A stretch of DNA of 64,000 nt from an uncultured bacterium (GTDB lineage Bacteria > Patescibacteriota > Minisyncoccia > Phycocordibacterales > CAIZLB01), in the NCBI GenBank assembly GCA_903821355.1, contig CAIJKW010000030.1, positions 27,897 to 91,896 of the forward strand, read 5' to 3'. Each line of letters begins with the position of its first letter. The first letter of the stretch is position 1. This document shows positions 9,147 to 18,902 of this stretch, one piece after another. Under the pieces are notes generated by a model. The model ran no database searches, was not told the origin of the DNA, and saw nothing but the letters and a program-made list of their open reading frames with translations. A program made the translations under genes and the position numbers.

Positions 9147-10493
9147 ATGAATAAATCATCGAGTCCTTTTCAAATCATTCTCATCGGAGTATTTATTTTT
9201 GCCGCTGTCGTTGGAGTTATAATTTTTGCCGCTTACACAAACTCTTCAAATAATTCTGCGGTAAAGGCAACAGTTTGGGGAACGGAGTCAGAAGATGACT
9301 TTAAAAATCTGATGGCTATTGTTGATCCACAAAAAAAAGCAATGGATGTAGTTTACGTACAAAAAAATGTTGATACATTTGAGTCAGAATTTGTTAATGC
9401 GCTTGCAGAGGGAAATGGTCCAGATCTTGTTTTGATCGATGATTCAAAATTGTTTTCTTGGAAGAACAAATTGCAACCCCTTTCTTTTAAGACTTTACCA
9501 CAAAGGACCTTCGCTGACACTTTTATTGATTCTGCTAACACTTTCATGACAGCTGACGGTGTTTACGCTTTACCATTTAACGTTGATCCTCTGGTGATGT
9601 ATTGGAATAAGACGATGTTTAGCGATGCTGGCATAGTTTTACCTCCAAAAACTTGGCAAGAAATGACTTCGGAGATTCCTAAACTAACACAGAGGACAGA
9701 TAGATCTGAAATAATAAAATCTACCGTTGCTTTGGGTGAGTCTTCAAACATCGATCATTCAAAAGAGATTTTTATTAACCTGATGCTTCAAGGGGGAAAT
9801 AATTTAATTCAATTTGATCCAAATACAAGCAGATATGTTTCTACGGCAAACACAGCTTCTGCTTCCGGAGTCAATGTTTTTGAAGCTGCAACAAATTTCT
9901 ACACTTCATTTTCTAATCCAAACAATGAAAGATATTCATGGAATAAGTCTCTTGTAAGTTCAAGGGATGCATTTGTTGCAGGAAATTTAGCAATATATTT
10001 TGGATATGCTAGTGAATATCCAGTTCTACAACGCAAGAATCCTAATTTAAATTTTGATGTTGCGGTTATGCCACAAGATGCAGATAGATCCTCCGGAGTT
10101 CAAGCGACTTCTTATGCAAAAATAAATGCCTTAGCTTTAGTTAAGCAATCTAAAAATCAATCAGCTGCAGTTAGTATGATGACACAATTAGTTGCATCTG
10201 GTGCACAAAAAGAATTAATAAAAATTACCAATTTACCATCAGCAAGAAGAGATCTTCTTTCTATTTCCGATGTAACTAATGCCTATACTGATGTCTTTGC
10301 TAGGGCAGCTATTCAGTCAAAGACATGGACTGATCCTAATCCAACAGCCACAGATTCAATGTTTAGAGAGTTGATTGATAATATTACGACAGGTAAGGTT
10401 TCGGGTAGTGAGGCAAGGAATACGCTAAATCAAAAACTCGAAGTTCTTATTGCTGGAGCAAATCCAAATAGTGTGAATTCCACAGGCAATTAA
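9147..10493 (+). CDS. Membrane-anchored extracellular solute-binding protein (family 1, sugar type)
   Basis: N-terminal TM, GNGPDL, YALPFNVDPLVMYWNK, PPKTWQE, AFVAGNLAIYFG, NFDVAVMPQ. Confidence 0.88.
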   Translation: MNKSSSPFQIILIGVFIFAAVVGVIIFAAYTNSSNNSAVKATVWGTESEDDFKNLMAIVDPQKKAMDVVYVQKNVDTFESEFVNALAEGNGPDLVLIDDSKLFSWKNKLQPLSFKTLPQRTFADTFIDSANTFMTADGVYALPFNVDPLVMYWNKTMFSDAGIVLPPKTWQEMTSEIPKLTQRTDRSEIIKSTVALGESSNIDHSKEIFINLMLQGGNNLIQFDPNTSRYVSTANTASASGVNVFEAATNFYTSFSNPNNERYSWNKSLVSSRDAFVAGNLAIYFGYASEYPVLQRKNPNLNFDVAVMPQDADRSSGVQATSYAKINALALVKQSKNQSAAVSMMTQLVASGAQKELIKITNLPSARRDLLSISDVTNAYTDVFARAAIQSKTWTDPNPTATDSMFRELIDNITTGKVSGSEARNTLNQKLEVLIAGANPNSVNSTGN

Positions 10494-10511
10494 AATATTT
10501 AGTGTGGTATA

Positions 10512-10991
10512 ATGAAATTAATAACTTATATGATTAAAAATATGAAAATAACAAGGAATAAAAAGTTTTCTATGTTATTAGTTGCATTTACTATATTTGC
10601 TTCATTCTTTACTTTTATATCCAGTACTTCTGCTGCTACTACTGCCAATACAGCCGGTACAAATCCAGTCTCGGCTGTTCTGTTGAGATGTACTCAATCT
10701 GGAGTCGCTTGTGGTTTTAATGATTTTATAAGTCTAATAAATGGCATGATTCAGTATGGAATTGAATTAATAGGGATAGCATTTGTTATTGCCTTACTCT
10801 ACGCAGGTTTCTTGTATTTGACTTCGGGTGGTGACCCTTCAAAAGTCAAAAAAGTTAGAGATGTTCTCTACAAGATCATGTGGGGTATGGTATATACACT
10901 TTGTGGTTGGGTTATTGTATACTTTATAATAAAGAGTTTAGGTGTTCCAGTATCTTTTTACAATGGTCAATACGGACTTTTAAACATATAA
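10512..10991 (+). CDS. TrbC/VirB2-like (T4SS_pilin) pilin 1
   Basis: Signal-like N-terminus, Cys pair, two TM helices joined by YAGFLYLTSGGDPSKVKKV; exact start uncertain. Confidence 0.8.
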   Translation: MKLITYMIKNMKITRNKKFSMLLVAFTIFASFFTFISSTSAATTANTAGTNPVSAVLLRCTQSGVACGFNDFISLINGMIQYGIELIGIAFVIALLYAGFLYLTSGGDPSKVKKVRDVLYKIMWGMVYTLCGWVIVYFIIKSLGVPVSFYNGQYGLLNI

Positions 10992-10993
10992 AC

Positions 10994-11443
10994 ATGAAAA
11001 AAATTAGATTTATTTTATTTACGATTGTCGGTGCGGTAGTTTTGTTGTATGCAAGTAGTGCCAGTATAGCAAATGCAGAATTGTCTCTTCCTTGGGAACA
11101 AAGTAACGTTAATGCGTCTGCTGCTATAACACCTGTGCCGGTGACAGCCGCCGGATCATGCGCAACTGGAAAGATTTGTAATCCATTGGGTACAACAACA
11201 ACACTTAATCAAGTGTTAACTATTGTCATATCTACAGTCCAAGTCATTGCCGGTATATTGTCTGTTGTCTATCTTATTTTAGCCGGACTTAAGTTTGTGC
11301 TTGCAGCCGGCGACCCAGGAAAAATAACAAAAGCCAGAGCAATGCTTTTGTATGTCGTCATCGGTATAGCAATAATATTTGGCGCACAAGCCATATCCTT
11401 GGTCGTTCAGAATACAATTAAACAGGTGGGTAGTGGGCAATAG
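10994..11443 (+). CDS. TrbC/VirB2-like pilin 2
   Basis: MKKIRF signal peptide, ICNPL, AGLKFVLAAGDPGKITKARAMLLYVVIG. Confidence 0.85.
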   Translation: MKKIRFILFTIVGAVVLLYASSASIANAELSLPWEQSNVNASAAITPVPVTAAGSCATGKICNPLGTTTTLNQVLTIVISTVQVIAGILSVVYLILAGLKFVLAAGDPGKITKARAMLLYVVIGIAIIFGAQAISLVVQNTIKQVGSGQ

Positions 11444-11494
11444 TTAATTGGACGAAGGATTATTCGTAAAAATTAGAAAAATAATAAGAAAAAA

Positions 11495-11809
11495 ATGCCA
11501 GATATAAAAAATTCTTTATCAGCTCAGGTTAGTAATGTTACAGACCTTAGAAGCTTGGTGGCTAGTTTGATCGATATGATCAGATACTACATCGTGCCGT
11601 TTATTATAGCCCTAGCTCTGATGTTCTTCTTGTGGGGATTATTTAAAACGATAACAGCAGCTGGCGACGGTAAAAAGAGGCAAGAGGGTATGGCTTACAT
11701 AACATATGGAATCATCGGCCTTGCTGTGATGGTTTCTGTTTGGAGTTTGGTATATCTTTTAACCTCAACGTTCTTCTCTAACGGCTTATTAATCCCTCAA
11801 CTTAATTAG
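11495..11809 (+). CDS. TrbC/VirB2-like pilin 3
   Basis: FFLWGLFK..AGDGKKRQEG..ITYGIIGLAVMVSVW. Confidence 0.85.
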   Translation: MPDIKNSLSAQVSNVTDLRSLVASLIDMIRYYIVPFIIALALMFFLWGLFKTITAAGDGKKRQEGMAYITYGIIGLAVMVSVWSLVYLLTSTFFSNGLLIPQLN

Positions 11810-11843
11810 TTTTCTTAAATTTAATTTTTTAATATAAAATAAA

Positions 11844-12137
11844 ATGACAAATGGACTTAGAGGTTTGATACTTTATCTAAATAGATTTATAGGTGCGATA
11901 ACGGCCTTTATCATTTCCTTGACGCTAGTATTTTTTCTCTGGGGTGTATTTAAATTGATTTTTTCAAACAAAGACTCAAAAGAGAGAGAGCAAGCAAAAG
12001 GGTTTATTGTTTGGGGACTAGTTGCTTTGTTTGTTATGATCTCTGTTTGGGGGTTGGTGAATTTGTTAACCAGTTCTTTTGGTTTTGGTAACGTCAATCC
12101 CATGTCTCCACAATTTCCAAATTCGCGCCTTATATAG
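11844..12137 (+). CDS. TrbC/VirB2-like pilin 4
   Basis: FFLWGVFK..REQAKGFIVWGLVALFVMISVWGLVNLL. Confidence 0.85.
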   Translation: MTNGLRGLILYLNRFIGAITAFIISLTLVFFLWGVFKLIFSNKDSKEREQAKGFIVWGLVALFVMISVWGLVNLLTSSFGFGNVNPMSPQFPNSRLI

Positions 12138-12274
12138 TAACTTGAGGACAATTTGATTTATAAATATGTTTATATCTCTGTTTATATCTTTTGAATATTA
12201 AGGTATAATAGCGATAAGTGACATTACTGTTGCTTACATAAATATAAGCTTATCATTTAATAAAAAATTTAATT

Positions 12275-12592
12275 ATGAATAATCAACCTGGAATTAGTGG
12301 ACTTTACGCTCTATTGGCTCAAGTCACAGATTTCGTTAATAGACTGATTCCTTTTATCATCGGTCTTACAGTTCTATTCTTCTTGTGGGGAATTTTTAAA
12401 CTAGTTTTCTCAGCAGATTCTGATGCAAGAGCAGAAGCTAGAGGATACATCATTTGGGGAATCATCGGTCTTGCTGTAATGGTTTCTGTTTGGGGATTAG
12501 TAAACCTTTTGACAAGTACATTCAGTCTGAACTCAAACGTTCCTCCACCACCTGGTATTCCATCAGCAGGTGGAACAATTCAATTGAGATAG
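12275..12592 (+). CDS. TrbC/VirB2-like pilin 5
   Basis: FFLWGIFK..RAEARGYIIWGIIGLAVMVSVWGLVNLL. Confidence 0.85.
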   Translation: MNNQPGISGLYALLAQVTDFVNRLIPFIIGLTVLFFLWGIFKLVFSADSDARAEARGYIIWGIIGLAVMVSVWGLVNLLTSTFSLNSNVPPPPGIPSAGGTIQLR

Positions 12593-12639
12593 TGTGTCAG
12601 TTTTGAATAGGTTTTTACTCTTGAATAATAAAAATAATC

Positions 12640-12930
12640 ATGTCAAATGTACCACCCGCATTGGCTTCTCTTATAAAAGGGATAGATAGATATGTCATAA
12701 ACCCTCTAATTGTTCTGGCTTTTGCTATTGCTATGGTAGTTTTTCTCTGGGGCGTTTTCAATTATGTAAGAGGAGCGGGGGATCCAAAAGCAAGAGAAAC
12801 AGGCAGAAGTCATATACTATGGAGTCTTATCGGTATGGCAATAATGTTTTCTGTTTTTGGGTTAATGACGATTATCTCAAATACGGTTGGTGGTCCAACA
12901 GGTAATATTACAAATATTCAGAAGCTCTAG
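12640..12930 (+). CDS. TrbC/VirB2-like pilin 6
   Basis: INPLI..VFLWGVFNYVRGAGDPKARETGRSHILWSLIG. Confidence 0.85.
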   Translation: MSNVPPALASLIKGIDRYVINPLIVLAFAIAMVVFLWGVFNYVRGAGDPKARETGRSHILWSLIGMAIMFSVFGLMTIISNTVGGPTGNITNIQKL

Positions 12931-12959
12931 TAGGTTAGGAAGCAACACGTTATAAGATG

Positions 12960-12992
12960 AAAAGCGCGAAGGGTTGTCCTTCGCGCTTTTTT
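12960..12992. terminator. Bidirectional intrinsic terminator
   Basis: aaaagcgcgaaggg-ttg-tccttcgcgctttttt. Confidence 0.85.
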
Positions 12993-13042
12993 CAGTGGTG
13001 GTGGAGATGAGATTAGCGCAGATCGTTGGTTCTCACATCCTC

Positions 13043-13465
13043 TTAGGAGTTGTTGACGAAAGGTTTCTCGTCTGTCACTCCCGTGAGGTAATCCTGCCAA
13101 GCACATCTTTGAATGTATTTTGACCTTGCCCACGATTGAAATAGATGGTTTTTCTGATCGTCCGTTGTGCATTTCTCCAGTGCTTTTTGCATCGATGGGG
13201 AGATGGAGTCACCCTTTAGACTGTTATTGTAGTTTCTGCCCTCTTCTTTTGAGAGCTCAGACAATCTTCGAAAGAACCTGAGCAGATATTCAAGTGCGTC
13301 AATCTTTGCTATCCGTTTTTTTGAATAGTGTTTTGATTCTGCAAGGTATCGGTCAATAATACCTGACATCTGCCTTAGACTTATGGGTTTATTCTTTGGT
13401 AGTGTAAAACTTTGGATTCTCGATTTCATCTTGCTTTCTGGTGGAAAGAACAGGTGCCCGAACAC
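13043..13465 (-). CDS. Hypothetical protein (orphan)
   Basis: ~130-140-aa basic ORF; TGnTATACT promoter at 13513-13521 on the minus strand; start uncertain. Confidence 0.6.
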   Translation of the reverse strand: MFGHLFFPPESKMKSRIQSFTLPKNKPISLRQMSGIIDRYLAESKHYSKKRIAKIDALEYLLRFFRRLSELSKEEGRNYNNSLKGDSISPSMQKALEKCTTDDQKNHLFQSWARSKYIQRCAWQDYLTGVTDEKPFVNNS

Positions 13466-13555
13466 CCATACTTAGTTGGTGTTGTGGAGCTTTCGGGAAC
13501 TCATTTGCTGGTAGTATAGCATAAGTGGGTGGAAGTCAAGCATGATAAATAAAAT

Positions 13556-13588
13556 AAAAAATATGCAGACTTGCGTCTGCATATTTTT
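13556..13588 (-). terminator. Terminator of the tRNA cluster
   Basis: atatgcagac-ttgc-gtctgcatat flanked by A/T tracts. Confidence 0.75.
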
Positions 13589-13594
13589 CATGTG

Positions 13595-13676
13595 TGGGCG
13601 AGGAGGGACTCGAACCCTCAATCCTTACGGAACTAGTTCCTAAGACTAGCGCGTATACCAATTCCGCCACTCGCCC
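13595..13676 (-). tRNA. tRNA-Leu (anticodon TAG)
   Basis: GGGCGAGTGGCGGAATTGGTA..CTAGT-CTTAGGA-ACTAG..GGTTCGAGTCC..CTCGCCCA, with variable arm. Confidence 0.96.
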
Positions 13677-13791
13677 ATATTTTGACTTTGCTTTATATCA
13701 GCTTTTTGGTTTGCTGAAATTTAAGAATTCAATATCTATATGAAGTTTAAGATTCTGGCTTAAATGTCTTCATAGAGTTATCGAACTCTTG

Positions 13792-13864
13792 TCCGCCCGG
13801 TAGGATTCGAACCTACGACCGTTCACTTAAGAGGCGACTGCTCTACCAACTGAGCTACGGGCGG
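13792..13864 (-). tRNA. tRNA-Lys (anticodon CTT)
   Basis: CCGCCCGTAGCTCAGTTGGTAGAGC..CTCTTAA..GGTTCGAATCC..CGGGCGGA. Confidence 0.95.
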
Positions 13865-13926
13865 ATATGTTCATTATAGTAGCAAAAAAAGGTATTTAAT
13901 ACAACTATTTACGATCATGTTTGTAA

Positions 13927-14241
13927 CTATAATTCTAAGAAGATTATTGAGCAAATTCCTAGAACCATACCGACAATTTGAAGCGGGCTTAATCCTTCGT
14001 GAAAGAATACGTAACTTACCAGCAGTAATGTAGCGACGTTAAATATAACAAATATTATTGAAGCGATAGCTATGTTTTTGTATTTGAAACTAAAAGATAG
14101 AAATATTAAGGCTATTACATAAATTATTAATCCAATGACAAAAAACCAAGTGTTATTTTTTGAAACCCATTCTTTCATAAAAATATCCCCAGCTGTTAGA
14201 ACTAAACCTCCCGCTAAAACTAAGATTATCCCAGTATTCAT
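13927..14241 (-). CDS. SMR/DMT-family small membrane transporter
   Basis: 104 aa, four TM helices, FFHEGLSPLQIVG motif; sits inside the tRNA cluster. Confidence 0.8.
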   Translation of the reverse strand: MNTGIILVLAGGLVLTAGDIFMKEWVSKNNTWFFVIGLIIYVIALIFLSFSFKYKNIAIASIIFVIFNVATLLLVSYVFFHEGLSPLQIVGMVLGICSIIFLEL

Positions 14242-14246
14242 TTTAT

Positions 14247-14332
14247 TGGTGCTCAGGGCGGGACTCGAACCCGCACAGGCTTTCGCCTACAACATTTTAA
14301 GTGTTGCGTGTCTACCATTCCACCACCCGAGC
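14247..14332 (-). tRNA. tRNA-Leu (anticodon TAA)
   Basis: GCTCGGGTGGTGGAATGGTAGACACG-CAACA-CTTAAAA-TGTTG..GGTTCGAGTCC..TGAGCACCA (CCA encoded). Confidence 0.96.
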
Positions 14333-14800
14333 TTTTTTATTTAAGCCTCTATGAGTTGGCTGTAAACTGTGACAATTTGGACAAAGTATCTGTAGGTTAG
14401 TTAGTCTATTGTCTCTACTATCACCGTTTATGTGATCTAACTCAAGAGGTAATCTACCATCTTTTGTGGTTTTGTTCCACCCGCACATCTCACACTTTTT
14501 TTCCTTTAAACCATCTTTAAATAATCTTTTCTTAAGTTTATAACTTTGAAATGAGCTGCCTTTTACTAAAATTTCTTTAGTTGGAATAAGTGGTATTTTA
14601 TTTTAAAATTTTTTGCCCTTACTCCAACCTCTGCCTGTAAAATGTTTTATGGATAGGCCGTATTCTAAAACATATTTCTTGATTTGAGAATAGTTTCCAC
14701 CAGCTTCAACTAATCCAAGTCTTTTCAAAACTTGTCTATAGCTTGTGGAATCAGCAACTGATTTTATTAAATTGTCTTTTGACCACTTTCTTTTTCTCAT
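14312..14800 (-). pseudogene. HNH endonuclease gene interrupted by one in-frame TAA
   Basis: Same frame continues past TAA (14603-14605) into CEMCG..LELDHINGDSRDNRLTNLQILCPNCH; final TAG lies within tRNA-Leu(TAA). Confidence 0.85.
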
Positions 14801-14841
14801 TTAAGAATAACAAACAAATATGTAAAAACTACTTTTACATG

Positions 14842-14914
14842 AGGCGTAGGCCGGGATCGAACCGGCGTATAACGATTTTGCAGATCGCCGCGTTAACCAC
14901 TTCGCCACTACGCC
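14842..14914 (-). tRNA. tRNA-Cys (anticodon GCA)
   Basis: GGCGTAGTGGCGAAGTGGTTAACGC..GCGAT-CTGCAAA-ATCGT..GGTTCGATCCC..CTACGCCT. Confidence 0.95.
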
Positions 14915-14956
14915 AAACCTCTACATTAAAGGGTCTATACTCACAACTAACTTTTG

Positions 14957-15292
14957 CTATTTTAGCATTCTGTCTATATTCTGTCTATTGATTTCGCCGA
15001 TATCTATTTTGAAATTAAAGAAGGGAATTATGCCCAACTTTGAATGACTTTTAACATAACTTCTGAATTCATTGCATTTTCTGTTGGCAAATTCTTCAAC
15101 CACAGGACCTTTGTCCTCAGGAAGAACACTAAGAAGAATTGTGGCCTTCTTGGCTCTATCGCCAAGAATAACATTGGTCACAGTTACAAGGGAAGTTCTA
15201 TTAGCTTCTCTTGCCATAAATTCCATCGCCAATTCTTTGACGATGTGAATTGTTCGCTCATCTCTATGTGGTTTTACTATTTTTTCTCTCAT
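14957..15292 (-). CDS. rbfA: Ribosome-binding factor A
   Basis: Follows infB; LVTVTNV..AKKATILLS..IPFFNFKID pattern. Confidence 0.85.
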   Translation of the reverse strand: MREKIVKPHRDERTIHIVKELAMEFMAREANRTSLVTVTNVILGDRAKKATILLSVLPEDKGPVVEEFANRKCNEFRSYVKSHSKLGIIPFFNFKIDIGEINRQNIDRMLK

Positions 15293-15313
15293 ATTTTTTG
15301 TGATCAGGTCGCG

Positions 15314-16894
15314 TTATTTAACAATCTTATGGAACGGCTCCAACTTATCTCCCGCAGCAATTTCCATTTTAGATTCAATCATTGTTCCAAATTCTTTTCC
15401 CTCCTCAACAGTACTAGTTTTTTCCTTTTGTTGTTGAAGCTCCCTTACTCTTCCTCGACCAATTTCAATATCTCTTCTTAAAATCTTAACTTCATCGTTA
15501 AAAGAAATTGAACCAGATTCAACTCTTCCTCCAATCACTTGTTTTTCTTTATTAACACTAAAAATCTTGAGGACCTTTATTGTTCCTTTAGATTCTTCAA
15601 TTTGAGTTCTGGGTCTATTCTCTTCAGCAAACTCCTGTAACCATTCTGTCATTTTATAGATGATGTCGAAGGTCATTATGTTGATACCATTTCTCTCCGC
15701 TAGGCTTTTTGCGCTACTATCAATCTTTGTATTAAATCCTAGGATAACGGTCCCCTCTTTTCCGGAGGCTAATTTGATGTCATTCTCTAATATATCGCCA
15801 ATACTTATTGCAACGATTTTTATTTCCACGTTATCAACCTTAATTTTATTTTCTATCTCATACACGACTGCGGCGGCAGATCCTGATGTATCGGCTTTAA
15901 TTATTACAGGTACAATGGCTGTCTGAATAATTTCTTGACCATTCTCAAAAGCAAGAGCGTTTGCTTTGTTTGTTGCAGCAATCTTTTCTGCTCCACGAAC
16001 TTTTTTGATAGCCTCTGCTCTTTCTCTTACTTTTTCTATTTCTTCTTCAACATAAGCTTCAGCAGCTTTCTTGCTTCCAAAAGTGAAGCAAATTCCACCG
16101 ACTTCTGGTTCATCTGTCCAACCAATAACCCTCACAGGTTTTGAAGGGCCAGCTTCTTTTAGTTGCTTACCCAAAAAATCTTCCATGATTCTAACAGGGG
16201 AGAGTGCTGTACCTGAAACAATGAAAGAACCGTTATATAATGTACCGTTTTTTACGATGAGAGTTGCTGAAATACCCCTTATCTTGTCTCTATTTGCCTC
16301 TATAACAACACATTCTGCTTCAGTGAAAGGATCACCACTTATGCCGTCAACCTCAGCTGTTAGAAGAATTAAATCAAGAAGATCATCAACACCTTCACCT
16401 GTCTTACCAGAGAATGCAATCCATGGAATATTTCCTCCGTAACCCTCAACATAGATTTCATTCTCTGCTAATGATAGCTTAACTCTATCAATATCTGCGT
16501 TTGGTTTATCGATTTTACTAATCCCAACAATGAATGAGAGCCCTGCATTTTTGATTGCGTTAAGGGCGTCTAATGTTTGCGGTTTAACACCATCTTCAGC
16601 AGATACTACAAGAATTGCAATATCAGCTGCTGTTGCTCCTCTTGCTCTGATTGCGCTAAAGGATTCATGCCCAGGAGTGTCAATAAAAACGATGGTCTTT
16701 TCATCTTCTTTACCATTAGCATCCATTGCCTTATGAACTACTTCATAAGAAGACATTCTTTGTGTAATTCCACCCACTTCTTTATCAACTACATTAGTTT
16801 TTCTGATGTAGTCAAGAAGTGTTGATTTACCGTGGTCAATGTGGCCCATTACGACAACTACCGGCGGTCTAGGATCTAATGTGGTGATTTCCAT
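15314..16894 (-). CDS. infB: Translation initiation factor IF-2 (short N-terminus)
   Basis: RPPVVVVMGHIDHGKSTLLD, GGITQ, FIDTPGHESF, DGVKPQT. Confidence 0.97.
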   Translation of the reverse strand: MEITTLDPRPPVVVVMGHIDHGKSTLLDYIRKTNVVDKEVGGITQRMSSYEVVHKAMDANGKEDEKTIVFIDTPGHESFSAIRARGATAADIAILVVSAEDGVKPQTLDALNAIKNAGLSFIVGISKIDKPNADIDRVKLSLAENEIYVEGYGGNIPWIAFSGKTGEGVDDLLDLILLTAEVDGISGDPFTEAECVVIEANRDKIRGISATLIVKNGTLYNGSFIVSGTALSPVRIMEDFLGKQLKEAGPSKPVRVIGWTDEPEVGGICFTFGSKKAAEAYVEEEIEKVRERAEAIKKVRGAEKIAATNKANALAFENGQEIIQTAIVPVIIKADTSGSAAAVVYEIENKIKVDNVEIKIVAISIGDILENDIKLASGKEGTVILGFNTKIDSSAKSLAERNGINIMTFDIIYKMTEWLQEFAEENRPRTQIEESKGTIKVLKIFSVNKEKQVIGGRVESGSISFNDEVKILRRDIEIGRGRVRELQQQKEKTSTVEEGKEFGTMIESKMEIAAGDKLEPFHKIVK

Positions 16895-16935
16895 TTAAGT
16901 CTTAATATATAATATTTTTTACGATTTGGCAAACC

Positions 16936-17043
16936 GCCCAGCCCAAAATACGGCCCATTGGGAACACGGAGATTTCTTGCTAGAAATCTCCTCTGCTCGT
17001 TGCAACTCGCAAGTTTCCCAATGGGCCATATTTTGGGCTGGGC
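16936..17043. repeat. REP/MITE-like structured palindromic element, copy B
   Basis: 29-bp inverted arms enclosing ggagatttct-tgct-agaaatctcc; homologous to 2551-2660. Confidence 0.8.
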
Positions 17044-17082
17044 AAACTACCAATATCGTAAAAATCTATAGAGGTTTTATAA

Positions 17083-17571
17083 CTAGGCTTTTGGTAACAC
17101 CAACTTATCATGCGCCATGGCAATTGATTTTGCTTCTTCTTCTGTTAGTTCAAAACTGGACTTGAACTTTTGTAGGGGTTTTGCAAAGACGCTCATTCTG
17201 TCGCTTGAGTAGAGACTTGAGAATACGACTCCGTCTCCTTGTTCATTTATGAAAGCAGTTGAGAAACTTTGGTTTCCCCCAGCACCAGTTCCTTTGAAGG
17301 GGTTAAATCTAAGTGTGTCAACACCTTGAATTCCGTTTCTTAATCTTTTTTCAACTAATTTCAAATATTCTTGAGATTCTTTTTTGAATGACTCTAATTC
17401 GTCAACATGTTGGATTACAAGATTAATACTTTCCTCAAGAGATTTTGCGTTACCTTTTAGTAATCTTTTTAATCTAACTTGCAGTCTGATAACCAATATT
17501 AATAATATTAGGACTATGGCGGAAAGTGAAATTAGGCCAATAGATAGTACGTCAACGCTTAAATAAAACAT
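17083..17571 (-). CDS. DUF4446-family membrane protein
   Basis: N-terminal TM, coiled coil, RFNPF..GGNQSFS..GDGVVFSSLYS..FAKP..LTEEE. Confidence 0.85.
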   Translation of the reverse strand: MFYLSVDVLSIGLISLSAIVLILLILVIRLQVRLKRLLKGNAKSLEESINLVIQHVDELESFKKESQEYLKLVEKRLRNGIQGVDTLRFNPFKGTGAGGNQSFSTAFINEQGDGVVFSSLYSSDRMSVFAKPLQKFKSSFELTEEEAKSIAMAHDKLVLPKA

Positions 17572-17647
17572 ATTACTAAAGTATACAGAACCTTAGTTTT
17601 TTTGTATAGTGATGTTATCAACCTGTCGTTCAATATAAAATATAAGT

Positions 17648-18862
17648 ATGTCAAAAAGAATATATCTGGATTATGCTTCGGTTACACCAATTGACAAATC
17701 TGTGTCAAAGGAAGTTTTAAGAGTGTCAAAAAAATATATTGCAAATCCATCGTCAATTTATCAAGAGGGAGTTTTGGCTTCGGAATTTCTAGAATCATGT
17801 AGAAAGAGGGTGGCGAGTGTTCTTGAAGTTCATAGCGATGAAATTATTTTTACCTCAGGTGGTACAGAGTCAAATGCTCTAGCAATTAACGGGGTGATTG
17901 ACGGATATAAAAATTCTAAGAAAGATTTAGGAGAAGTAGAAATAAATATTCCGCACATTGTAAGTTCAACAATTGAGCACCCGTCAATCAGAGAACTTTT
18001 ATTTTCACTTGAAAAATCTGGAGAAATTGAAATCTCTTTGATTTCACCAAACGAAGAGGGAATTATTGAGCCAGAAAAAATTGCACAAGCTCTAAAGCCA
18101 AATACGCTTTTGGTCAGCATCATGTACGCCAACAATGAGATTGGAACAATTATGCCACTTATTGCAATCGCAAAGAAGCTGCGTGAATACAAGAAAAATC
18201 AAGGTAGAACTGAATTTGAGATGCCATTTTTACACACTGACGCGTCTCAGGCTGTTGCTTATTTATCCGTAAGAGTCCCATCACTCCATGTTGATTTAAT
18301 GACGATGGATGCTGGAAAAATCTATGGTCCAAGAGGTGTTGGCGCTCTGTTTGTTAAAAGAATTGTTCCATTTAAATCAATTACAAGTGGTGGCAGTCAA
18401 GAGAGTGGAAGGCGAGCGGGAACAGAAAATCTACCAGGGATTGCCGGTTTTGCTTTGGCACTTGAAAAAGTTGAAAAAGAAAAAGCAAAAGAATTTAAAA
18501 AAGTTGAGGCACTTCGCGACCTGCTTTTAGTGAATTTAAAATCGTCAAAAATAAAAAATAGATTTACGATAAATGGTAGCATGTTAGATGGTGAGCGTTT
18601 GCCAAATAATTTGAATATTTGCATTCCAGAGATTGATGCTGAGTTTTTAGTTTTGACATTGGATGCAATGGGTCTCTGTGTGTCATCCGTAACAAGTTGC
18701 AGAACACTCTCTGAAGATTCGTATTCATATGTTGTTGCTGAAATTTCTGGCGATGAATGTTCAAGATCATCTCTGCGTATTTCGCTTGGAAAATATACAA
18801 CTAAATCTGAAGTTTTGAAGGCGGGGAAAATGATTGCTGAGGCGACGGAGAGAATTATGTAG
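17648..18862 (+). CDS. iscS: Cysteine desulfurase (IscS/NifS type)
   Basis: IYLDYAS, IIFTSGGTESN, IEHPS, SIMYANNEIGT, HTDASQ, PLP Lys in AGKIYGPRG, RAGTEN, SSVTSC. Confidence 0.92.
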   Translation: MSKRIYLDYASVTPIDKSVSKEVLRVSKKYIANPSSIYQEGVLASEFLESCRKRVASVLEVHSDEIIFTSGGTESNALAINGVIDGYKNSKKDLGEVEINIPHIVSSTIEHPSIRELLFSLEKSGEIEISLISPNEEGIIEPEKIAQALKPNTLLVSIMYANNEIGTIMPLIAIAKKLREYKKNQGRTEFEMPFLHTDASQAVAYLSVRVPSLHVDLMTMDAGKIYGPRGVGALFVKRIVPFKSITSGGSQESGRRAGTENLPGIAGFALALEKVEKEKAKEFKKVEALRDLLLVNLKSSKIKNRFTINGSMLDGERLPNNLNICIPEIDAEFLVLTLDAMGLCVSSVTSCRTLSEDSYSYVVAEISGDECSRSSLRISLGKYTTKSEVLKAGKMIAEATERIM

Positions 18863-18902
18863 TGGCCACAAATCGGCCTATATAAAGAATATTTTAAATG
18901 GA

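Noticed and set aside
14603-14605. Alternative genetic code or programmed stop readthrough
   Set aside because: TAA ends most genes here, conserved genes translate fully under code 11, and tRNA-Leu(TAA) reads UUA rather than UAA
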